DNA of 64,000 nucleotides, taken from the NCBI RefSeq assembly GCF_009914755.1, contig NC_060936.1, one strand, 5' to 3'. The stretch comes from the human T2T-CHM13v2.0 reference genome, Homo sapiens. Position 1 is the first letter of the stretch. Each line of letters starts with the position of its first letter. The notes beneath the pieces were generated by a model that saw only the letters and a program-made list of their open reading frames with translations, did not search any database and was not told the origin of the DNA. A program made the position numbers and the translations under genes. Positions 1-14,399 of the stretch are shown one piece after another.

Positions 1-61
1 AGCCTCATTTTACCCAGTTCCTGTTTAAGATGGAGTTGCTCAGGTTCAAATGTCTTTGACA
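1..61 (-). mobile_element. MER41 (ERV1) LTR, 5' end, truncated by window
   Basis: Reverse complement reads TGTCAAAGACATTTGAACCTGAGCAACTCCATCTTAAACAGG..., matching the MER41 start and the copies ending at 2099 and 4981. Confidence 0.85.
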
Positions 62-829
62 AATGCACTCCCCACGTGGATGCTCAGAGTCTCATGGAGA
101 GAGTTCTCAGCCCTGTTCACTCTTCTAGGTTTTTGGAGTGGTACAAAATGATATAGAAAATTAGGTGGTATTTTACAATCTGCAGTACAGTGAAGGGGAA
201 ACTGTTCTACTCTTTACCTGCATTAAGTTTATAATTTAATAGCACCTTTCTGAATTTCAACTTTGGTATTTAACTCAACCAGGCTGAAAAGTTTCTTCCA
301 AAGCTTCCAAATAGTACATTAATAGTCCTGGTTTTAGAAAGCTGTTTAGCGACTTCAAATTCTGGATAGCATCTCTCCGCACAGCTCTGAATAAAGTTAC
401 CAATGCCTCCTTATTGGAAATCTATTTCTGTAAATGAGACCTTCAGTGACCAAAATCAATTTTTTCATTTTGAGGTATGCTCTGAGAAGACATTAGACCT
501 GTTGTGCCACCCTTCCAAATGCATGCCCTCTGGGCCCTGGTGAGCTTCAGGAACATCAGGAATGACCTTTGGTGTCAAGAACTGATGACTGGATTAACCC
601 TTCTTGGTGTGGTGCTTTTTATCCTTGCAGTTATGTCTCCTAAAATCTATCCTACAAATGAACTTGAGGTCATGGGTTAGTTCTGCTCACCCCTTCTCTG
701 GATCTTATTTCTGATTTACTGAGTATCCCCTACTGAACTGGTGACTCCTGCTCAATATCTTCATACATCTGAGTCACTGACCACATCAGATGGAGGAGAT
801 AGAAATCCTGGGCTAAACAACAAACAACT

Positions 830-1127
830 CGTTGTTGTTGAGACAGGGTCTTGCTCTGTTGCCCAGGCTGGAGTGCAGTGGTGCAATCATGATTCACTTC
901 AGCCTCTATCTCCCTGGCTTAAGGAATCCTCCTGCCTCAGCCTCCTGAATAGCTGGGACTGAAGGCACACACCACCATGCCTGGCTATATTTTTTCTTTT
1001 ATTTTTTGGTAGAGATGGGGTCTTCCTATGTTACCTAGGCTGGTCTTGAACTCCTGGGCTCAAGGGATCTTCCTACCTCAGCCTTCCAAAGTGCTGAGAA
1101 TACAGGTGTGAGACACTGAGACTGGCC
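830..1127 (-). mobile_element. AluJ
   Basis: Full dimeric Alu with J-type bases (GAGACAGGGTCTTGCTCTG, CTCCTGGGCTCAAG). Confidence 0.9.
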
Positions 1128-1136
1128 CTGAATAAC

Positions 1137-1340
1137 TTTTTTTTTTTTTTTTGAGACTGAGTCTCACTCTGTTGCCCATGCTGGAGTGCAATGGCACGAT
1201 CTTGGCTCACTGCAACCTCCGCCTCCTGGATTCAAGCAATTCCCTGCCTCAGCCTCCTGAATAGCTGGGATTACAGGTACCCACCACCACACCTGGCTAA
1301 TTTTTGTATTTTAGTAGATATAGGGTTTCACCATCTTGGC
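1137..1340 (-). mobile_element. 5'-truncated AluS
   Basis: Poly-T, right arm and part of left arm; TSD CCTGAATAACTT at 1127-1138 and 1340-1351. Confidence 0.9.
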
Positions 1341-1466
1341 CTGAATAACTTCTATATGTAATGCTTGGCAACAAATTAAGCAAAACAGATATCAGATCAC
1401 AGCTCAGAAAAGTCATGCATCTGACGTTGTTAACAACATGTGATTCTAATATACATCAAAAATGGA

Positions 1467-2099
1467 TGTTACTGGAAAGGTCCTGATCCAGTACCCAAGA
1501 GAAGGTTCTTGGATCTCGCGCAAGAAAGAATTCGGGGTGAGTCCATAGAGTAAAGCGAAAGCAAGTTTCCTAGGAAAGTAAATAAATGAAAAATGGCTAT
1601 TTCAGAGACAGAGCAGCCCCAGGGGCTGCTGGTTGCCTCTTTTTAATGGTTATTTCTTGATTACATGCTAAACAAGGAGTGGATTATTCATGAATTTTCC
1701 CGAGAAAGGGGTAGGCAATTTCTGGAACTGAGAGTTCCTCACCTTTTTATTCCATATAGGGTCACTTCCTGATGTTGCCATTGCATTTGTAAACTGTCAT
1801 AGCTCAGGTGGGAGTGTCTTTTAGCATGCTAATGCATTCTAATTAGCATATAATGAGTAGTGAGGACCACCAGAGCTCACCCTTGTTGCTATCTTGGTTT
1901 TGGTGGGATTTGACTGGCTTCTTTACAGCATCCTTTTATCAGCAAAGTCTTTGTGACCTGTATCTTGTGCCGACCTGTGATCTCATCCTGTGACTTAGAA
2001 TGCCTTAACCTCCTGGGAATGCAGCCCAGTAGGTCTCAGCCTTATTTTACCCAGCCCCTATTCAACATGGGAGTTGCACTGCTTCAAACGCCTCTGACA
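1467..2099 (-). mobile_element. MER41 solo LTR (MER41B-like)
   Basis: TGTTACTGGAAAGG...CAAACGCCTCTGACA termini; colinear with the copies at 4360 and 49894. Confidence 0.9.
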
Positions 2100-2209
2100 C
2101 ATATATTCTTTAAGCAACAAAACTTTAGTACAACCATATTTTGCAGTATCCTTCCAAAATGTGTTGTGCTTTCTTGTCCTTTAAGCAGAATATGAGGAAT
2201 ATATGATAA

Positions 2210-2634
2210 TGTGTCTGAGTGCTTGTGTGACTGTGTGGGTGTCTGTGTGTGAGTGACTGTGTGTGTCTGTGTGTATGTGTCTGTGTGTGTGACTGTGTGT
2301 GTCTTGTGTCTATGTGTGTCTGTGTGTCTGTGTGTATGTCTGTGGGTATGTGACTGTGTGTGTGTGAGACTGTGTGTGTGTGTCCGTGTGTGTGATTGTG
2401 TATGCGCATGTGTGTATGTGACTGTGTGTATCCATGTGTGTCCATGTGTGTGTCTGTGTGTGACTGTGTCTGTGTGTGTGTGTGTGCATCTGAGTCTGTG
2501 TGTGCATGCATCTCTGTGTGTCTGTGTGTGTATGTACCTGTGTGTGTTGGTATGTGGGACTCTGCGTCTGTATGTGTGACTGTGTGTGTGTGACTGTGTG
2601 TGCATGTGTGTGAGGCTGTGTGTCTGTGTGTTTC

Positions 2635-2668
<34 letters not shown>
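2210..2668. repeat. Degenerate (TG)n simple repeat ending in a pure (TG)n tract
   Basis: TG/TGTC/TGAC units seen directly; source of the spurious His/Thr and Cys/Val ORFs. Confidence 0.95.
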
Positions 2669-2669
<1 letters not shown>

Positions 2670-3854
2670 ATCTGACTGAAAATCATCATTATGAGCATTG
2701 GCTGTTGGTCGGGTACCAGCATTGGATGCAGTGAGGCCTCTGAAGCTGCCTAACTAATCCCATTTGTTGCTTTATATACCGCTCTCAGACAAGCATGTTT
2801 CTGGGGTTTTTCTCTTAGTTTTTTAATGTCTAATCTTATTGCTGCATGCTGTCACTTTTTATTGCTCTCAGTGTGCTTTTTCCTAACAGGTTTCACATGT
2901 GCAAATTTGCTTTTTGTAAACAACCTTTGAGGAAGAAATCTTTGTTTTCTATGCTGTTAAGTTCCATGAGGGAAGGACCTCATTTCTCTTGGTCTCCTTG
3001 CACCTGGCACACAGGGAGGCTGAAAGGAGAGCTCATTAAATATTCACCAAGGGAATAATCAATTCTATTTCAATTGAACATAAAGGAAGAATAAGTGTCT
3101 CAGAATCCAAATGGCTTAACATTGCCTAATACAGAAACTTGGTGGGTCTACATTGGCTTCTAACAGGCTTAAAAATCTCTTGGTTCTTGGTTATGTCATT
3201 GGAAGATGTACTTTCTTGGCAGAAATTCTCTTATTTTTTCCCCAAGACCTCCTTGGCCACGTCTTGTTGGAAATCCTCCTTTTCCCTCTCCATGTGGTTC
3301 TAGAGAGCTCTTTTGTGATTACCCTTTGAGATATCTTCATGCAGGGATTTCATCTGAATTTTGCTGTGTACTCAGTTTGGGGGAGAGACCCTTCAAGAAA
3401 TATGACCACTCATTGCCTTTTGCATGTTTTTTTCTACTACACTTGACTTTAATTACCTTACTCTTATTTAAATTCTTTGAGTGCTCTCCTGTCTCATTTG
3501 CAGCTGTTTACACCCATTTAAATCTCTTCACATCAACAAAGCCACTTATTTTATCCCGGTAATTTACTGGTCCAGATGTTAGTTACTGCCTGTAGGATTT
3601 TTTTGCCAGTTAATTCAAGATCTACCATTTTTCTCTGTCTACCCTGTGCATCATTTCTTCTATAAAAAAAAGTAATGAGCCCACATTATTAGGGCACAAT
3701 TAATAAGGTAATTTTTTCAAACCCCTTTCATTTTATTGGGGAATTTTCCTTTCCTGCTACTCAGGCCATTGTAGAGAACAGACTGAGGGAATTTACATCC
3801 TGAATTTGGTAATGGAACATGAATGGTAATTCCTACTCTTAAAAGGAAAACTGT

Positions 3855-4133
3855 GGTCGGGCGCGGTGGCTCACGCCTGTAATCCCAGCACTTTGGGAGG
3901 CCGAGGCAGGCGGATCACGAGGTCAGGAGATTGAGACCATCCTGGGTAACACGGTGACTACTAAAAATACAAAAGAATTAGCCGGGCGTGGTGGCATGCG
4001 CCTGTAGTCCCAGCTACTCGGGAGGCTGAGGCACCACTTGAACCAGTGGGTGGAGGTTGCAGTGAGCTGAGATCACACCACTGCACTCCAGCCTGGGCTA
4101 CAGAGTGAGAGTCTGTTAAAAAAAAAAAAAAAA
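3855..4133 (+). mobile_element. Alu (AluY/Sc-like) with small internal deletions
   Basis: GGTCGGGCGCGGTGG start, poly-A, TSD AAAGGAAAA(C/T)TGT. Confidence 0.9.
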
Positions 4134-4359
4134 GGAAAATTGTCTTTTAAGTGTTTTCTTTAATTCAATATGATGATTTATTTTGCTCAGTTTAATTTCT
4201 CAATTTCAGAAAATAATCTCCTTAAAGCATTGTTAGATCAAAGATGATCACAGTTGCATGCCCTCTGTTATTTGTCCCTTTAAAAATATTTAGTAAACAT
4301 CTCAATATATTTTATTTGACAATTTGCTTTACTAGCAATTGCTATTGATGATACAGTCC

Positions 4360-4981
4360 TGTTACTGGAATGGGGTCACGATCTGGACCCCAAGAGAGGG
4401 TTCTTGGATCTCATGCCAGAAAGAATTGAGAGGAGTCCATAAAGTCAAAGCAAGTTTATTAGGAAAGCAAAGAAATAAAGAATGGGTGCTCCATAGGCAG
4501 AGCAGCAGCATGGGCTGTTCCACTGAGCATACTTATCTGTTGATTACATGCTAAGCACGGTGTGGATCATTCATGAGTTTTCCAGGAAAGGTGTGGGCAG
4601 TTCCTGGAACTGAAGGTTCCTCCCCCTTTTAGACTATATAGGGCAACTTCCTGAGGTTGCCATGGCATCTGTAAACTGTCATGGTGCTGGTGGAAGTGTT
4701 TCTTAGCGTGCTAATGTAATATAATTAGTGTATAATGAGCAGTGAGAACAGCCAGAGGTCTGTTTTGTCGCCATCTTGATTTTGGTGGGACTTGGCCAGC
4801 TTCTTCACTGCAGACTGTTTTATCAGCAAGGTCTTTATGACCTGTATCTTGTGCTGTCCTCCTATCTCATCCTGTGACTTAGAATGCCTAACTGCCTGGG
4901 AATGCACCCGAGAAAGCCTCAGTCTTTTTTTACCCAGGACCTATTCAAGATGGAGTGGCACTGGTTCAAACACCTCTGACA
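4360..4981 (-). mobile_element. MER41 solo LTR
   Basis: TGTTACTGGAA...CACCTCTGACA termini; near 4-bp TSD GTCC/GTTC. Confidence 0.9.
4580..4609. promoter_or_regulatory. Tandem GAS (STAT1) motifs in MER41
   Basis: TTCCAGGAA 4580-4588 and TTCCTGGAA 4601-4609 fit TTCN3GAA; activity not shown. Confidence 0.55.
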
Positions 4982-5689
4982 GTTCCTCAAAAGCACTCAC
5001 CATTCATCTTGTGAGAAGCTCACTTCAAAAAATAGGGAATGTCAAATCATCCACAGAGTTATTATTTTAAAATATTATTTCTTCCATCAATTACAGTTTT
5101 CTAAACTCTTGTTAAAGGAAATAAATTTGCATTGGGTTGTGAATTATATGTTTGCTTCCGTTTGCTTTATTGTCTTAATTTTTGAGAATAAAGGTGACAG
5201 ATGACAGATAAGGAAGGAGGTTCTTAAAAATATCTTTCTTCTGCATCTCATTCTTTGTAAACTGACATTTTTAATGTCAGTCTTAGTGAAGAAAGACTTA
5301 CGCTAAGATGGAAATAATTAAGCAGGATTTTTTCACGTATTTGACAGGAAAAGTGGCAGAAAGAGACATGCATGTCAGGAGTGGGTGATTGGGGGCACTG
5401 AAGGCAAGGAAAGACAAGCTTAAAATGCTCTTTACCTCCAGAGAGGATCACTTAGCTCTGAGTGAGGTTAGAAAAGGGAATAATGGGCTTATTCATGTTA
5501 AGAGAGAAGATATTTTATGTCAGACTTCACTGCTTGAGTTTTTATTTGCACTTTCTTCTCTTTTTAATTGGCTCCCCCCCGTTACATTTCTTTTCTGATT
5601 TTGAGCTTCTGACATCATGTGCACACATGCAGTATCTATCCTGGATGTGATAAATGTTCTGAAGAAAAATATATGTGCAAAGGTCATAA

Positions 5690-5850
5690 AATTTGTCCTG
5701 ACTCAGATACTTAGGAAATTTGTAAATGTGGGCAAGCTATAGGGCCTCAGTTTTCATGCCTGGAAAGTGACTATGATCCCTCCGTGGTGTACTTACAACA
5801 TTGCAGGGATATTGGGAGAGTCAAATGAGTTATTGAATGTGAGAAAATAT
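5690..5850 (+). mobile_element. MIR fragment
   Basis: MIR core-like GGGCAAG...GCCTCAGTTTTCAT...AAATGAGTTA. Confidence 0.6.
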
Positions 5851-6665
5851 ATCTGGATACCATATAAATAGGAGATGAATATCATATAAATGGGAGGGAG
5901 GATTGTTACATAGCTTTATCCTCTAAACTGTAAATTCTGGGAGAATGCTCTTACGAATGTGCTCAGAAAATCACTGGGGGGTCTCAGGCAATCATTCAAG
6001 GGGTCTAGAATATCACAACATTTTATATAATAATACTAAGATGCTGGTGCCTTTTTCACTCAAAAATCTCTTAGATGTGTACAGGGCAGTTTTCTACTGA
6101 TGTGTGGCGATGTCACTGCTGTGAAGACTCATGGGGTGTGTGCCTGTGTGTTCTTGTGTTTCTTAAAATGTTCCAAGACTGAAAAATTAGAAAAAAAATG
6201 TGTACATTTTCAGAAAATAATTGTTTCTTTTTAGTGCTTCTCCTGACTCTCTACTATTTATCTTCAGCTTTATTTGCGGAATGTTGGAACCTCATTATCA
6301 TTCAATAAGACATTATTTTGAAGACACAGAGTTTTCCTTGAGCCTGTGAAAAAACACAAGAGATACCCTATTATCTAGCTTTGAAATGATAACTTGCTTT
6401 TCAAAAACTGACACAGTTTTATTTTTTCCAAATCTGCAATTTTACCATTCAATGGGATTTTATCCTAAAATATCAGAATATTATTTAAAATATGGTTTTC
6501 TTTGTTTAAAGATGGATAGAACTTCAAAAGTGAGACCTGAAGACTGGCTTTCTCAAGCTAAAACAGCACTATCTACATAAAAATGCTGAAAAATTAAAAA
6601 TGACTGCTGAAATAGTTCTCTATCTCATGAAAGGGAGAAATCTGCTCAAAAAAATCTAGAGGCTA

Positions 6666-6965
<300 letters not shown>

Positions 6966-7024
6966 CTACTGTTCTGTATCACTGCAGCATGAATATAGTT
7001 AACAATAAGGTATTATACAGTTTC

Positions 7025-7389
7025 CCTGGATCAGCTGGGCTTGGCGGGGGTTGCCCCCTTTGAGAAGGGAGGCACAGGGCTTGGGTGAGGGGCGGAAGCC
7101 ATTAGAAGTGCCTAGCTCTTTTGGAAACTGAGGGCCCAATGACTAACTACGTTTACATGACTTGAGTGTTGAACCTTGATTAACATCTGTACGCCTTTCC
7201 TAGTTCTAACCCTGAGCCCCGGGGAAGCAGGAAAGTGTGGCCGGCCTCTTGCACAGCTTTTTCTCCTAGTAAACTACTGAAATCAAACCGCATTTCACAT
7301 GTGTTTACACATGTTGCTCAAGCTTGTTATGTCATTCTCCCAGTCCTTAAAGAATAGACATTTAATACAACAGCTTTACCTTAAAAAAA
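7025..7389 (+). other. Unidentified insert with TSD and short poly(A), possible retrocopy fragment
   Basis: Flanked by TATTATACAGTTTC (7011-7024) and TATTATGTAGTTTC (7390-7403); AATACA at 7364-7369; A7 at 7383-7389; L1 sequence resumes on both sides. Confidence 0.55.
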
Positions 7390-8121
7390 TATTATGTAGT
7401 TTCAAATAGCTAGAAGGAGGATATTAAACATTCCCAACAAAATGAGTAAGTGTTTGAGAAAATGGACATGCTGGTCATTGTGATCTGATCACTCTGTGTT
7501 GTGTATATATAGAAACATTCTTAGATACCCCATTAAAATGTATAATTATTATTTGTCAATTAAAAAAATAAAATTTTCAATCTAGGTGGAATTTAAATGG
7601 TAAATAAAATAGGAAAAAATATATATTCCCCTTAACTTAATGTGTTAATTTCTTGTATCGTATTTAAGGAACATCTCAAATAATAATATGGTGTAAGATA
7701 GACTTCAGTATTGTTTTGTGATTAATCTTTTCAAGTTGAAAGAAGGCATTGATTATTTTTGGTGAAGTTATTACTGCAATAACTTTTGCACCAATATGCA
7801 CACTAATATATGCTCATTAAAGTCACGACTTCTTTGTTGCTGTTTTTCATAATAGAAGGGAAAAACAAACATGATGCTTTGAAGGGTAAATTATGATGTG
7901 GTATCGACTAAAGAGGTGTACACAGTGGGCAAGGGAAGGTCAGAGCTCTGCAGGGTTGGCGTGGCTGGGTTCCTCCCAGGTGAAACTCTAGAAAACAAAT
8001 GACAGAACCTCCACTTTCCCATGATACAGTATCCCACTAACAGAAAGACTTAGCTGTCAACATGAAGACTGGGTTAATATCTCATAGGCGGCATCATATG
8101 TTTGCCTTGAAAATGGATGAG

Positions 8122-8915
<794 letters not shown>

Positions 8916-9300
8916 AAAATGGATGAGTCCGTAAGTCCACCGGGGCTTGCTATTTTTATCTGGCATGAGCACTAAGTAGCCATCAAAGATTGTCTTTTAT
9001 GTGATGAAAGTGCAGTGGTACTCAAATACAGAAATGTTGGAAAACGTTGTACTCATGGTTCATTCTGGAACTAGTGTGTCGATGCTTGCCCTGAAGGAGG
9101 AAAATGGCAGGGGGTGATACCGCAGGTGCCTTAGCATCGAGCAAGGCAGTGGGATGGAAAGGCGCTGGTGGTTACTGTGAGATTCCCTGACATCACAACT
9201 AAACCTTCTGATAAAGGGAAGATCATCAGTTTTATTAAATCTCAGCACTTGAGCATACATCTCTAAGTATTTCGTGTCAGGACATAAGAAGATCGTATAA

Positions 9301-9772
<472 letters not shown>

Positions 9773-10827
9773 TCAGATTTTGGAATTTGGCAGACATTTT
9801 CTCAAATATGAATCAAGTGAGCTGCTTGTCACTTCAAGGGCGGGGGGAAACTGATGACATTTGATACCCAAGATAAAATCTGAACTTTCAAGTAACAATA
9901 ATAATTTTTGAAACTTTGTATCTATCATCACAAGCTTAATATGTTTTCAATACTCAAGACTGCTAATGAGATCACTGAGACATGAATAAATATGATTTTA
10001 AAAAATATATTGTGAAAAAGAAAAGATCTGAAGAAACAGTGAACCAAACTCTTTCAAACGATTAATGCATCATGTTACAAAATCCAACAGAGCTAAAAGA
10101 ACTATTCGATACGCAAGAGATACCAATGGATTTTAATATAGCAGAGTAGGAAATGCATATTGATATAGTTTCAAATCCATAATACACCTAATAATTTTTA
10201 AATGCAACGTGTTGATTTTGGGTATAGTATCAAAGAAGAATAGCTACATTTATCTGAATAGGTTTTTTGAATTCTATTTTTCCATCTGAGGAGGGCTTTA
10301 TATTTTTAATATACTTCAATCAAAACAAGCTGTCATAACACAGTAAATGAAGAAGCAGATCTGAGAATTCAGCTGTCTTTTCTAAGACATTGAACATATT
10401 TGCAAAAATGTAAAATCCCCATACATTTTGGTTTGCAGAGTAAAGTCATTTTCATAAAAAAAATTTGTGATTTGTGTTAACCTACGATATATTTATATTG
10501 TCTTAAATGAATGCATGAATATTTTTTAAAAGTTTAGTTTCAATGATTAATATAGTAAATGCAAATACACATATAATACACAGAAACAAAAGACCTTCAG
10601 GGTCATCAATAAATTTTAAGATTATAAGGTGACTCTGAAACCAAGAAGATTAATACATGATATGCTCCAAAAATGATAAACTACATTTTATCAACAGCTT
10701 TTGCAGACTATCTAGCATAGAGTAGAATTTTTATAACTATTTATTGAGTGAACGAAAGAAATGTATATCTTCAGGCCTATGTCACACAAACTATGCAAAC
10801 GTCTGCAGTGCAGCATTCTCTCTCTCT

Positions 10828-11230
10828 CACTTAAGGTAATGCTGACTGCTGTAACAAACAAATCCAAAGATACAGAATAGCTCAAACTTGATAGAAGTTT
10901 ATTTCTTTTATGTGTATGACTTCTAATAACAAAGCAATTGTTCTTGATCACATATGGCCCTCCTCTAAGTGGTCATGAGAAACTGAGCCCTTTGTGTTTT
11001 GTGATTCCACAACCTTCTACACGTGGCTTCCACAGTGACCATGTTTGTCTGAGTCAAGCCCGGAGAAAGAGAATGATTAACTAGAGAAGATAAAGCTGTA
11101 TTTGAAGCATTCTGCTTCAAGGTGATACATGCCATTTCTGCTTATATTATTTTGCTAAAGTGGCCTAGGACACCACGGCTAAGGGACAACACTAGATGAG
11201 GGAATATGAGAATCCAGCTTTAGTGGGCAG
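10828..11230 (-). mobile_element. Old MaLR LTR (MLT1J/K/L-like)
   Basis: TAAGGTAATGCTGACTGCTGTAACAAAC...AGAAGTTTATTTCT pattern typical of the reverse of MLT1 3' ends. Confidence 0.55.
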
Positions 11231-13349
11231 GTAAATTTAGAGAGTTGAGAGAGACAGTATATAAATGAATTGAAATATCTAGATTTTGGTGTATGTTTAA
11301 AATACTCTGTTTCATGTGCTGTGCAGTTGATGGTGGGAATTGTGTGTGGAGTGTTGAGCTAAAAGTCTTACTTCTTTTTTTTGTAAAGTTTAAAAAAATG
11401 TAATTAGCCAGTATGTCTGTATTTTGGTACAAAATTTCTCCCCTGCCTTTTTTATCTTCACTGACATCTTTTCAAGTACATCTATTTCTTCAGTCCGTGA
11501 ACCTATGGAGCACTCACCAAAAATATGATCACAGGATGTTAATTAACTTTGCGGGGGAATAATTGCTGTACGGATTATTGGAGAAGAAAAGTTATCGAGT
11601 TTTGAAAGCATGGATTCCACATACACTTAAGAGGACCCAGGCAAATTTTAGTACTCGATAGATAAATGTTTTATTTAGTTTTTGATTTTGAAATTTATGA
11701 TGCATTTAATGAGATTCTTAGCACACAGATTAAAAACAGTTTGTTCTAATTTAAACAGAAGATAATTTATTGGATGCACACTAGGGACTCATTGAATTAC
11801 CAGGTAGCTGGATTTTGACCCATCAATGGGCAATCCACGGCAGTCCCGAAAGGCAGGGAGCAGGAGCCTCCCCAGCAGCCTCTTGTCAGGAGCCATCTGG
11901 AAAAATGAAAGGGACCTTGAGAGAACGGAACTTGGAACGTCATCAAGCAATTTGTCTTTCCGCTCAGAAAGAGGAACCTTGTTGGTTTAGTTGGGGATTT
12001 TTACCCAGTTTTTAAACACTGGAGAGTCGGAGCTGTCTTAAATTCTCTCTCACACACAAATAAATTGGGGTGTTCTTAAGAAGAGAAAGAGGTACTAAAA
12101 AAGACAAGAAGAAATAAAAACAGAAGTATCTACTCTGTCTTGCATTATCTTATCTTATCCTTAATTCTAAGCACATAGTTCTCTTGCCCATGAATATATC
12201 AAATCCAAATTATGTTGGCCTCCCTCTGACAGCTCATTGATGCTATTGGCAGTGCACACCATTAGGAAACGTATTTCTACATCTCAATGGTACTTCAAAG
12301 CACGGCAAAACAATTATGTTGTCGATATCATTAACTTACAATTGTTATGTCATCATGACCTAAATTCAAGCCAAATAGATTGAGTCAATTGCTAGAAGGA
12401 GCTCCAGGTTTCTATTGCATTCATATTTTCAATGGTGATATATTTGAACTTACTAAATGCCCCAAAATCTCAGTTTCATGTTTTATTCTCTTGGTATTCT
12501 CATTTCCAATGTGAATATTCTGTGAGACTAACTTACCCTAGATAAAGAGGAAGAATGGTAGGGATAAACATTTTCAATACATTCAACCAGGAAAACTTTT
12601 CCTTTCTTTCCCCCAACTCCTCTACATTTAGCTGAAAGTCTGAGCTAGAAAAATGTGTGTAACATTTAATAGGTTTGATTTTATAATAAAGGACAAAGGC
12701 TGATAAACGTCCTATTGTTTGTACTTCTCATTATTAGGAATTGTTTAACTATACATTAGCATTCCTATCCAGACAATAAATGAATTCTTAATTTCTCACT
12801 TTGGAAAAAATAGATGGTTTCCTCCTGTCTAATTAAACTGTCCAGTCATCTTAAGCCTCTGGTAAAACTGAGTGTGGGCTCATCTATATTCCTGTAGTGC
12901 AAGAGCCATACTGATTGTTTGCATAGTTTGTACCAAATGGGCTCCAGGTTTAACATGATTCGTATTTCCCAGACTCTTTGTCGAATGTGGACTGCACTCA
13001 TTCTACATGTCAGTTTACGTCTTTAATGTGCACAGTGAGATTTTGAGGTTTAACATGTGAATGGCATATACAATCTGATCACATCAAAATTATTTAAGAT
13101 GCTTTTAGGTTTCTGTGTGTGTATGCCTGTGTAAACACATATGTATACATACATACACAAACATATTATATATTAATTAAAATATAATATATATGTTGAC
13201 TACATGTATATATATTGAATCTGGCTCTTCAATCTCATGTTCATCTATAGTCTATTTCTTCCCCCATAATTCATTTATCATTACCTGGATCTTGGAAAAT
13301 TAAATTGACCTCCTTTATGCCCCTCTAACAAAGATAACTAACTCCAATA

Positions 13350-14290
13350 TACTTTACATTTGACTCCAGATTTTTAGTAGGCCTTTAGCAGATTCATTTT
13401 GGATTGACTAGTTGTTATCATAATTGAGTAGTATAATTAAATATTATTTAACATGGCGAAAAGAATGAGAGATGTTATTTCTATGAAAACTTCCTTGGAT
13501 ACATTGGGAAGTCTAGATAAATATAAATTGCTGAAAGGAAAGACTGTAAAATTGGGAGTAAAGAAAACAGCATTCAATTTTAGAAACAAATGATAAAAGC
13601 GTCCATGGACTCTATCCTGGTTGCTTCTCGAGTGTCTTTAGGTTTTGCTCCAGTTTACTTAAAGCTGATTATTACAGCAGATGAGTGATAGATATATTTT
13701 ATGCAAGAAAGAAGATGGAGAACTCCAATCAGCATGCCAGGCTAGAGAAAAATTTCCGTGCCTTGTCATAGTTTGGGTCCCTGATATAAAACCTGAGTTA
13801 AAATCTTGGTGGAGGTTGGTGATTTGGGAGGTGTTTCCAGAAGCGTCACTGAGAGTGAGTTTAAGGAGAGAAAAGAGCAGGATACAGAGGGGAAGAGGCC
13901 ATGTGGTTGTCTTTTGTGCTTATGAACAGTGGGAAACTGGGATTTTTGGTGGCTGTATGGAACACATATCAGAATTTCTCAACCAAGGAATGGATGGCTG
14001 GAAGCATTTATCCACCAACACCCATTCCCCATTCATTTAGGAATGCCTCTTCCCAGGCATTATCTCCCCCATACTTCCAGATGGCACCTGTGCACAGGCT
14101 GCAGGACTTTGCTGTGGCGTCCTCACGTGGGATGTTGGCAATGTGATAAGGGCTCCATGAGTGATTGCTACAGCCTTACAGGAAAGGGGAGGGAAATTGG
14201 TAACGTTTACATAGTTTAAAATCAAATAAAATGCCTGAGATAAATATGTATCACTTTTTGTGAGTCCTCACTTTAATTAACATTCATGCG
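13350..14290 (+). mobile_element. Ancient Tigger-type transposon fragment split by an LTR
   Basis: Decayed pogo/CENP-B-like N-terminus, e.g. TTTATGCAAGAAAGAAGATGGAGAACTCCAATCAGC = FMQERRWRTPIS. Confidence 0.45.
13765..14170 (-). mobile_element. ERVL LTR (LTR16-like)
   Basis: TGTCATAGTTTGGGTCCC...GCATTTATCCACCAAC...CTTCCAG pattern. Confidence 0.5.
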
Positions 14291-14399
14291 TATAGTCTGA
14301 ATAGGAGGGTCTTCCCTTATAAACAAGTTGTATGCAGGTTTGCAAAAGCTTGAGAACATGGTCCATCATGTGTTGAGACTTGGGACTCACTGCTGAACA

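Noticed and set aside
2084-2636. Overlapping 100-170 aa His/Thr and Cys/Val ORFs
   Set aside because: They are translations of a (TG)n simple repeat
1467-4981. MER41 pair as the two LTRs of one provirus
   Set aside because: The intervening DNA has no recognisable PBS or gag/pol remnant, the copies are quite diverged, and the right copy has its own near-TSD
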